Under the pieces are notes generated by a model, which saw only the letters and a program-made list of their open reading frames with translations, made no database searches and had not been told where the DNA came from. The position numbers and the translations under genes were made by a program. Source: Octopus bimaculoides (Eukaryota). Taken from it: DNA of 58,684 nucleotides. Location: NCBI RefSeq assembly GCF_001194135.2, contig NC_068981.1, positions 4,627,781 through 4,686,464 of the forward strand, given 5' to 3'. This document shows, piece after piece, positions 49,104 through 58,684 of the stretch. Each line of letters starts with the position of its first letter. Position 1 is the stretch's first letter.

Positions 49104-49419
49104 CAATCTATCTTCTGATTTTGACTAATATTCAACTAGATGATATCCTGCTAACTAATCCAGATTAACTAATATATACTCACGTACACTCTGGCTCTCG
49201 TGAGATTCGTTCTTTTTAGTGAGACGAATATATTATTTAAAATCATTCCAGCGGTTTTATTTTAAACAATTAAGTCTTGGGTTGTCAACAACACAATACT
49301 GTAATAATCAAATGAGAGAAGTTTTTTTCTTTTTTCCTCTATTTGGTCTCCTTCAAGGTTGTATTTTCTTCCCAGCGTTTTTTAAGTAATGACTAAACTG
49401 TATTTAAACGGAGTCTTTC

Positions 49420-49700
49420 TTTGTGGATCATATGGTTCTCGAAGTTAACGAAAGTTCGCCTCCGTTACTTACATGAACTTAGAAGAGAATATTTCCATTT
49501 TGAATTGGAATGAACCAATTTCAAATGGGAAAAAAATCGTTGAAGTAATCTATAGAGGGGTAGAAAGATTATTTGTTACTATCAAAGGAAAAGATATTGA
49601 AGAAAACGGGCATTTTAACTACTTTGGTTGTAGTTTTGTTTCGGCCGGGAAAAGCCAAGCACAATTTCGATATGTATATTGGTTATGTCTCCAATGATTT
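49420..49700 (+). pseudogene. Highly decayed LINE RT fragment
   Basis: FVDHMVL (FADD-like) and VTIKGKDIEENGHFNYFG (cf. I.G..IE.V..F.YLG). Confidence 0.4.
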
Positions 49701-51133
49701 TCAATCAAAACTTACACTATCTCTGATGTAGACAAGAAATTCGATTTCAGAAATATGTTGTGTCTACAAAGAACTAACGGATCCTAACCTATTTTTATGT
49801 AAAACGCTTTTTATGAGAATTGCAGGTCTTCAGAGACTAGAATTCTTCTCACATTGCTGTTGAAGTATTTTCCGATTCGTGCCTGCACCAGCATCCTGCC
49901 TCTTTGTCATATTGAGGTTGTAACAAGTTCAGTCGCCAGTAAAATGGCTCGTAGCTACGATTACGCAATATTTAAGCGAATTTGTCCACGAAAATCTAGC
50001 TCAATCCGCTGCCTGCTCAAAACATGTCATTGGGTTGTTAAAACTTATTAAAAAAAACATGTGACCAGTCACCATTGTATAAAGGATGTAACTCTGGACC
50101 TCGGATGATTCGACTTAGACTAAACAGCAAAGAAACCGAACACTTCATATGATATGATCAATTAAAACCTTTCAAGAAGATGTCATAGCATGGCCACAGT
50201 TCAACGATTGACGCCATTGTAAGAGTATATATCTATCGCTTACAATTGTTGTCACCACGTTAATGATTAGCCTTGTAGTTAGTATTTTCCACTCGTGATC
50301 GTAAGATAATGGTTTCAGTTCCCGGATCGAGCAGTGCGTTGTATTCTGGAGCAAGACACCTCATGTCATGCTGCTCTGCGATGATTTCGACATCTGACAC
50401 GTGGGACACTGCGCGCCTGCGCACGCAATGTCGATTTGATGGAGAGAGTGAGCTAACATTTGATCATTATAAACAAATCATTCGTGCTGGTTGTTTACTA
50501 AGAATTTGCGGAACCGTCACCTGTCGACTGCGAGAGGAGAGTTCACCAATGATGAATCATCTGAATACATTGATCTTCATTTGAACTCTCTTATCGCAGT
50601 CTAAACGAATCTGTTATCATAGCGTAAAGATGAGAGGCAAAACCATTAAATCCATGTAGGATTATTTCAACGACTGAAGTTGAGTGTGAAGACATCAATT
50701 TAGCAGAAGAATCGATTTTCCTTGTTCTACAACAAAGTTGAATGATCTGCAACCGACCTACCATCGCTCCCCAAGTATCGTCTGTTCTTTATTCAAGAGC
50801 TCCCTGCTGAATCTACCTTCTTCATATTTGCAAACAATATTCTGTTTACATTTCAGTATTCTATCCTTTCTGTGGTGTTCAGTCATAAATTCTTCGTTTG
50901 CATTTCACAATACTTGGTAAGCTCTGTGTGAAGACAGGAATGACCAGCCGCGCTAATATCTGTTTCAGTTTTCATATAGATTAATTAACTCACATCATTT
51001 ATTTTTATGTTATATTTAAATGTGTTCATAGAAATGATTTCATGGAACATCGTACATAAAACAACAAACATCATAGGTAGGAATCTTTCGCACTACAACA
51101 TACAAGATAAGATTATCAAAGTAGTTCATAGTT

Positions 51134-51328
51134 GATTATAAATTTTGACACAAGGCCAGCAATTTCGAGGGGAAGGAGTAAGTCGATTACATCGACCCCC
51201 GTGCTCAATTGGTACTTTTTATTATCGACACCGAAGGGACGACAGGCAAAGTCGACCTCGGTGGAATTTGAACTCAGAACGTCAAGACGGACGAAGGTCG
51301 CAAAGCATTTTGCCCGCCGCCTTAAATG
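51134..51328 (-). mobile_element. SINE family B with TSD
   Basis: 10-bp direct repeat gttcatagtt at 51124-51133 and 51329-51338. Confidence 0.88.
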
Positions 51329-51536
51329 GTTCATAGTTCTTGAAGACGAAATAAGTAGAAAGACTTACATCTACTGTGTATATTCATTGTGCGCTGTTTG
51401 GAATTACAATCAAGATTGGTGCCTTTTGTCAAATACGGCCCATGAATAGGAGACAGATTCATGTGAAAGGGAGACATAGATTCATGTGGAATGCTAAGTA
51501 GTTCTAATCTGAGGTTAAATTCACTGATTTTTATAA

Positions 51537-51774
51537 CTATAAGCCAAATGTTCCAGAACCTTTGATCAAGTCATTTGGCGGTAAAACTGGCACACTTCCT
51601 TCGTAGTTTGCTGCATCAATCACAACAGGTTTGCTAGTGCTGAGTGGTCGAGCCATATTCGTGGAGACGTTGCGAAATTCTGAGAAGTATGGTTCAAAAC
51701 TCAGCAAGACATCATTACATCCCAGCCCTGTAATATTCCAGGCATTGATTGCAACCATTTGTTCTTTCAATTGA
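51537..51774 (-). CDS. Candidate terminal coding exon of an unidentified gene
   Basis: Acceptor ttgttttctaatttaaag, then 78 open codons QLKEQMVAINAWNITGLGCNDVLLSFEPYF...GSGTFGL*. Non-repetitive sequence. AATAAA about 530 nt downstream. Confidence 0.4.
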
Positions 51775-52149
51775 CTTTAAATTAGAAAACAAAGATCCTG
51801 AAATATCTATTTGCGAGTTGTCTTTCTATCTTTTCAATGACGAAAAAATCATACAATCTGCCCAACATTTTAAAAACCCTTTCGTTTCTCTATTTCTGTT
51901 AAAATAATCTGTCTTTGTTTCAAACCATTTTGAAAACAACGAAGAATTTTGTGAAATAACATCGTCATTTATTTAAGCTGCTGTTTGAAATATAAAATAA
52001 TAGATTTTGATAGAAAGTTTTAATTTAGATCACTTTAACTCTTCTGTTAACAAATTCCCAAATAGACACACTGCCTTTGTTTCAAATGGTCTTTAAAGTA
52101 GTGAAGAATATCGTGTTTGAAACACTTATATCTGTATATATATGTGGGA

Positions 52150-52440
52150 GAATATACAAATAATAACAACAGACGAGGACAGGTGGTGTAAATAACAAAA
52201 GTATATATTAGCATGACGCTCGGGAATACGGAAAGTCTTTGACGTTTCGAGCTACGCTCTTCAACAGAAAGAATACGGAGACAAGGAGAAAAACACGGAG
52301 AAAAAAATTGAATAGTGTTCAGTCAACGGTCAATCATAATAATGGCCGATCATAACAATGGCTGACCGGAAGTTGTATAATTCGATATACATTAATAAAG
52401 ATAAGTTTAACACATCAAATTAACGCGTAACATCTGCAAT
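52150..52440 (-). mobile_element. Penelope-like terminal fragment
   Basis: Reverse complement is homologous to 165-290 and contains the hammerhead-like motif. Confidence 0.65.
52236..52272 (-). ncRNA. Minimal type I hammerhead-like motif, best-preserved variant copy
   Basis: TCTTT / CTGTTGA / A GAGC gta GCTC / GAAA / C GTC / AAAGA. Perfect stems I and II, GUC triplet, palindromic ACGT stem III. Confidence 0.55.
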
Positions 52441-52639
52441 AACGCCGCCACTGAATTTAGGACGTTTCTATTACTTATGAGGCATTCTATATTTTTCAGT
52501 TAAAGTGTAGTTGGGTCTCAAGGGAGTGGTACAAACCTAACAATATGTGTTTTATAGCGAAAGCAAAATTTCCATTCAAATGGTAATTACCGGACGATTT
52601 CTGTTCGATTCTAACCGTTTTAAGTCGTAGTAGAAACGC

Positions 52640-53105
52640 GACCTATGTCTCTACAGCTAAGACTCTACTCCCTAGAGTGAAGGCGGGAGAGGTATGCAGT
52701 AATATACATCAGGAAGATTCTGGAAAGAATTGTGCCAACTTTTGGCATTGAAAGCTACACCAATGCCAGAACGTGTCAACACTGCAGAGTGCCAAAGATC
52801 CCAGCAATGCCATCAGGACCAGTTACTGCAACAGTTTGGGTTTCAAGGGCCCATAGCTTTTTAATATTCTCCCAAAGAGCCAGAGGAACCTGCACAAAGT
52901 AGATGTAGGCGTTTTAAAATCAAAGCTGGACCTCTTCCTGTCGAGAGTCCCAGATGAACCTACCTCATGGCAAGAGGTGCAAATGAGGGTAGCTACATTA
53001 AACTCCATTCTTCACCAAGTGCCACACATTAGAGGAGGCTCTCAGTAATAACAGTGTAGCAAAACGGCGGTGCTCCAGCATGGCCACAGCTCTGAGCTTA
53101 AACTA
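52640..53105 (+). pseudogene. CR1/L2-group LINE 3' end
   Basis: LYSLE*RRERYAVIYIRKIL...LFNILPKSQRNLHKVDVGVLKSKLDLFLSRVPDEP; 3' UTR ggcggtgctccagcatggccacagctctgagc. Confidence 0.85.
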
Positions 53106-53109
53106 CAAA

Positions 53110-53248
53110 AAAAAAATAGGAATATTGTATAAATTTTATAATTGAAAAATTTATATTTTGTACATACGTGTATATCGGCCTACGGGCGCAATAAAACGGG
53201 CTCGCGGGCGCAATTGCGCCTGCGAGCGGGAGTTTCCCCCCACCTCTG
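53110..53248 (-). mobile_element. Probable hAT element terminus (CpG-rich)
   Basis: Minus strand begins CAGAGGTGGGGGGAAAC followed by gcgcccg subterminal repeats. Only one end is visible. Confidence 0.45.
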
Positions 53249-53582
53249 ATCAAAGTGTTTACTGTGTCACCCTTTACAATAGTAACCGTATGCTTCCTAT
53301 AAAGAAAGGTGTTTTTTAATAGTTGTCTTCTTGTCTTTCTTCGGTGTCCATCTGTAACTCGAGAAAAAAATGATTTCGACTGAAATAAAGCATAAAATAG
53401 CGAGTAACAATAAAACCAGTGAGAATGAAGAGACAAGCAATAGAGACAACCATAGTTAAATACATTTATCGGAGACGGAGTTTTCTTCATTCCTTTCTCC
53501 CTGTGCAAGGTTTCACTTCAATACCTACGTAGGTCGCTATGACTTTAACCAAGAGACATTTTTATGCTATCAAATATCTTAA

Positions 53583-53890
53583 GGCGCGTGGCTTTGTGGT
53601 TGGAGTATTCGCCTCGCGATCGTAAGGTCGTGGGTCCGATTCCTGGCGGTGAATTGTGTCCTTTATTTTACGTTCCTCCAGTTCACTCAGCTGGCAAAAA
53701 TGAGTTGTACCAGTAATTCGGAGAAGGGCAGCTTTGTCACATTGTGTGCCACGCTGAATCTCCCTCAGAACTACGTTAAGGGCATGCGAGTCTGTGGAAT
53801 GCTCAGCCACTTTCACGTTAATTTCACGAACAGGCTATTCCGCCGATCGGATCAATTGGAACCTTTGTCTTCGTAACCGACACACTGCCA
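53583..53890 (+). mobile_element. Full-length SINE family D (tRNA-derived head)
   Basis: ggcgcgtggctttgtggttggagtattcg...gggtccgattcc head, ending cgtaaccgac...gcca. Other copies at about 40010-40325, 50290 and 56620. Confidence 0.85.
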
Positions 53891-54172
53891 GTTTATTATC
53901 TTAAACACCGTAAATATCCTCCATGGTTTGTCAGTATCGTCTGCTACTAATTTTTCATTCTGATTTATCAACGACAAATTTTCGGTTTATCTCACACAAT
54001 TCCCATTTATCCAAGACATTATTATTAGTATATTACATTCTACACCAACACTTGTCCAGCAGCCTCACATCGTGAACAAAACATGAATATAAAGCCATCC
54101 ATTACCATTTAATATCAAGTCTTCCATTCATAAACAGACGTCGATTTTAATTACTACGTACTCATTTAATGA

Positions 54173-54508
<336 letters not shown>

Positions 54509-55035
54509 TAGAAACGTCGTTATTTCAACTTTAATTTTATACTTTTCTGTTATTTGTGGTTGTTTTGTTTTGTAGGACATATTTCAACGGATTCGTAACC
54601 GAAAGATCGAAATCTCAGTCTTCACGTTCGTTTCCTTTGTTCTCTGATTGTGTATTGAAAATCCATTTGTTTAACCAGTTAAATTCGCCATCATCTTTGA
54701 TTGAACAGAGGTGACTCAAGACGAGTCCATTCAATAGTAATTTCGGTAACCTGGTTCTATTTTTACACCTGTAAACGGCAGAGCGTTCCTTCTTCAGTTA
54801 CTTTGAATTTACTTCTGTCACCTTCAGCAACTTTGCCGAGAATTATTTTCCGTGCGCAGACACAAGCACACATACAACACACACACACACACCCTACGCA
54901 ATGACACACACGCACAAACACACACACAAAACACACGCAAACACACACACACACACACACACACAACACACACACACACACACAACACACGCAAACGCAC
55001 ACACAACACACACACACATACGCACATACACAAAG

Positions 55036-55071
<36 letters not shown>

Positions 55072-55710
55072 ACACAATACACATACATACAAACAAACTC
55101 ATGCAAACACACACAAACACACATATAGACAAACTTTTTTCTCGAAAGTCTTGCTCCCTTTTTACCTTTCTACTTTCTCACACTTTGAAGCTGATTACAT
55201 AAGGACTGGACAAGCGATTTTTCCATGTAAAGACACCTTTTTTCACAATACAAACTTTCGTATTTTCTTTCAATTCGTTGAATAAATCTGTATGAAGTAT
55301 AAATTTTATTTCGTTAATTCGTTCCATTACATCCAAAAATGACTTCATTTCTTACATCTCACTTGTTACAGTTTCTCTAATACAAATATTTACTCTCATA
55401 ACAGCAACTTCGGTTGTAGGAGATTTCAGTAGAGCTATTTCCAATGGAGAATAAAAAGTTTTAACGTTTCGGATATTTTCCTCCTTCCGAACGAGTGTTT
55501 CACTATATCGATTTCTACACGCCTTTTGTTACTTGAGTGGAGATTGTTATTTCTAATGTTGGTTTCATTCGATTAGACAAAAATCAGAGAGAGGATTATT
55601 ACCCGATTGAATTGGCTAGTAAAATGCCAATGCTTATTTAATCAGCCTTAATAAGTTTTGAATTCCGAACACGAAGGTACGAAATTAAGTCCTCTGCGGA
55701 GTTAATTCAA

Positions 55711-55930
55711 CCCTTTACCATTTAAACGGGCCAAATCAGGACAAAATATTCCACCTGGTTTAAGTTCAAACTGGTCATATCCAGCCTCTCACACCTACCC
55801 TACAATGTCATTCTGGAAATAAATAATAACATCATCGAAATGTTGATGCTTTCAGATAATGCATGATTACCTCAAAGCAATATGAAAAAATAAGAATCAC
55901 ATTTGACAAAATAATCTGAAGGCTAAAGGG
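55711..55930. mobile_element. TTAA-associated (piggyBac-like) MITE, 220 bp
   Basis: Starts CCCTTTA (preceded by tcaa) and ends GCTAAAGGG followed by TTAA. Confidence 0.7.
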
Positions 55931-55942
55931 TTAAAGTCCTCA

Positions 55943-55976
55943 CCCTAACCCTAACCCTAACCCTAACCCTAACCCT
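55943..55976 (-). repeat. Interstitial telomeric repeat (TTAGGG)5.7
   Basis: Perfect CCCTAA x5 plus CCCT on the plus strand. Confidence 0.95.
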
Positions 55977-57432
55977 TTCTGCAAACTCGTCGCCATTTTT
56001 ATTATTTCTAATATTTCTTTGTTAAAACCGCAATGTTTCAATAACCTACAAACTTAACAATTTTCAAACATCTACTTTCAAGGATATTTGTATTCACAAT
56101 TTTGCGTAGAAAATTTCACACTTGAAGGATTAACTAATAAAGTTTACTTCGATCTGCTGTCTTAAGATAAACTGTCTTCAGTCTTCCACATTTCACGGAC
56201 ATTAATAAACAGCTTATTCCAGTTTCCTCCACTTGTAATCCCAGACTAAACTAACCATAAATAATACTCCACTTTAGATATCGAACCACCTGATCTGCCA
56301 TTTCATCTCTGTTAATCGAGATTCTCTTTTATTTCCTGGTTATTATCTTCCCAATTGTTTCGTATCTTTTTCATAAACCTGTTCCGAGTTTTCCCTTTGA
56401 TTTATTACATGTCCCATCTGTTTTCTTTTTCAATCAATCATCTTCTATTTCTTTTTTCGATCGATTCTGATGCACAATCGCTGTTCTTAAAGCAGCAGTC
56501 ATTTCCGTATCTTTTTGTTTAAAAACCCTTTACGTCGACATACGGTTTTTCTACTTCATGAACCCGATAGAGACTAGATCCATTGTTCTCAAATTTTTCC
56601 AGTGTAGGATCATGATGTAGTTTAGTGGTTAGGATATACGGCTGACGGTCGTCAGGCCGTGAGTTCGATTCTGGCGGTGAGTTGTGTTCTTGAGCAACAC
56701 ATTTTATTTCACGTGGCTCCAGTCCACTCAGCTGGCAAAAAATGAGCTGTACTTGTAATTCAAAGGGCCAGCCTTGTCGCATTCTGTGTCAGACAGAATA
56801 TCCCAGAGAACTACGTTACGGGTACGCGTGTCCTTCTTTCTTTAATTCAGCACAAAGCCTCAATAGAGAAGGCACAACACAAAAGCAGACGAGACAACGG
56901 GGAACATAAAACACACTTGGAATGAATTAAGGATATAATGGAAAATGAGGATGGAATGGCCTACCTGCCCCCCGTAAACAGGTAGTTCCATAAAGGTATG
57001 CATGTCCGTGGAGTGCTCAGCCACTTTCACGTTAATTTCACGAGCAGGCTGTTCCATAAAAGGTAAAAGTTGCCATAAAAGTTATTAACGTTTATATAGT
57101 TTGACCAACCAGCAATGGCTGACATATATTTAACCGAGGCGGCAACTTCCGGAAGAAATGTGCAATTTTTCCACTCTAAACACTTCTAGGTCGACGGTTA
57201 TTTAAAGGCGAGGAAATTTAACTTAGACCAAGAGTTAGCCCAGGCCTATATCGGCCATATTGCCTGTCCTCCGTCTGATAGTTTCTAACCTCTTTCACCT
57301 GTTCTTCTTCTGATAAATTCAGTCTCAGCAGTGAGCTATTTCAGGATCTGAACGAGTTGGTCGTCTTAAAACTCGCTGATCATCTTTTTTCTATTTACAG
57401 GCCTTTCCTATTCACTAGTTCATAGTCTACAC

Positions 57433-57512
57433 CAGTGGTTCGCCAACCTGGGGTCCCTGGACCCCTGGTGGTCCACAAAGGTAGTACTAGGTGTCCGTGA
57501 ACTAAATTCAAA

Positions 57513-57544
<32 letters not shown>

Positions 57545-57752
57545 CTCTTACTCTTTTACTCTTTTTCTAGTTTCAGTCTTTTGACTGTGGCCATGCTGGA
57601 GCACCACCTTTAGTCGAGCAAATCGACCCCCAGGACTTATTGTTTGGAAGCCTAGTACTTATTCTATCGGTCTCTTTTGCCGAACCGCTAAATTACGGGG
57701 ACGTAAACACACCAGCATGGGTTGTCAAGCAATGCTAAGGGGACAAACACAA

Positions 57753-57783
<31 letters not shown>

Positions 57784-58128
57784 CATATATACGACGGGCT
57801 TCTTTTCAGTTTCCGTCTACCAAATCCACTCACAAGGCTTTGGTTGGCCCAAGACTATAGTAGAAGNNNNNNNNNNNNNNNNNNNNNNNNNNNNNNNNNN
57901 NNNNNNNNNNNNNNNNNNNNNNNNNNNNNNNNNNNNNNNNNNNNNNNNNNNNNNNNNNNNNNNNNNNNNNNNNNNNNNNNNNNNNNNNNNNNNNNNNNNN
58001 NNNNNNNNNNNNNNNNNNNNNNNNNNNNNNNNNNNNNNNNNNNNNNNNNNNNNNNNNNNNNNNNNNNNNNNNNNNNNNNNNNNNNNNNNNNNNNNNNNNN
58101 NNNNNNNNNNNNNNNNNNNNNNNNNNNN

Positions 58129-58170
<42 letters not shown>

Positions 58171-58244
58171 ATAAGCATATAAAAGGAGTCCGTGGAAATA
58201 CTCATTTAAATAAAAGGGTTGGAAATCCCTGTTGGGAACCACTG
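57433..58244. mobile_element. hAT (Charlie/Buster-type) MITE with a nested SINE A and (TA)n
   Basis: TIRs cagtggttcgccaac / gttgggaaccactg. 8-bp TSD gtctacac / gtctaaac (7/8). Spans an N gap. Confidence 0.8.
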
Positions 58245-58684
58245 GTCTAAACAATCAACAACTAACACTACAATACAACTCACACAACACACACTCAATT
58301 CCAGGAATCAGCAAAGGGGTCAGTATTGGGGTTGGGCATTAATGGTGCTGAATTATCAGCGAACTGAAATCGAAAACCGCGGTAATTTGAGGCTAAAACT
58401 TACTTCTTTCCATCTAAATATCGCGGATATAATTATTATTCACCAAACACATATTTCATATTAAATATTTGGATTATATCAATATAATGTCACTGGATTT
58501 TTAATGTTCCTTATCATAGGGCACAGGACTGGCTATGTGGTAAGTAGCTCTCTTAACAACAACATGGTTCCGGGTTCAGTCCCACTGCGTGGCAACTTGA
58601 CCAAGTGTCTTCTATTATAACATCGGGGCGACCAAAGCCTCGGGAATGGATTTGGTAGACGGAAACTAGAAGAATCCCGTTATA

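Noticed and set aside
51540-51560. GSGTFG kinase P-loop lookalike
   Set aside because: A stop codon follows within two codons, and no other kinase motifs are present.
53583-53650. tRNA-like A/B-box sequences
   Set aside because: They are heads of multicopy SINEs continuing into SINE bodies; no full cloverleaf is supported.
55943-55976. True chromosome end
   Set aside because: Only about 6 units, flanked by ordinary sequence on both sides.

Overview
AT-rich, repeat-dominated eukaryotic DNA from a gapped draft assembly (7 N-runs). The SINE families and the dense CA/TA/CAT/TAA microsatellites resemble an octopus genome; this assignment is inferred from pattern recognition, not a database search. 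Most of the window is a nested mosaic of four SINE families, decayed LINEs (Penelope, R4/Dong-like, RTE, Tx1, CR1/L2-like), decayed Tc1 and mariner transposases, and many MITEs (hAT, Tigger, Merlin-like, MULE-like, TTAA-type, Helentron HINE). The only long uninterrupted non-microsatellite ORF is a 350-aa Tigger/pogo (CENP-B-like) derivative at 9237-10289 (-). It keeps both DNA-binding domains and a C-terminal PIP box, has lost the catalytic DDE core, and has a splice acceptor just upstream, so it is a candidate domesticated gene. Other highlights: a dispersed family of minimal hammerhead-like motifs with a non-canonical core, a compact heat-shock-type promoter (E-box, 2x CCAAT, HSE, TATA) at about 39.56-39.65 kb (-), a Merlin-like MITE carrying telomeric repeats, and a LINE-SINE shared 3' tail. 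No rRNA, true tRNA gene or CRISPR array is supported, and no host gene could be named.
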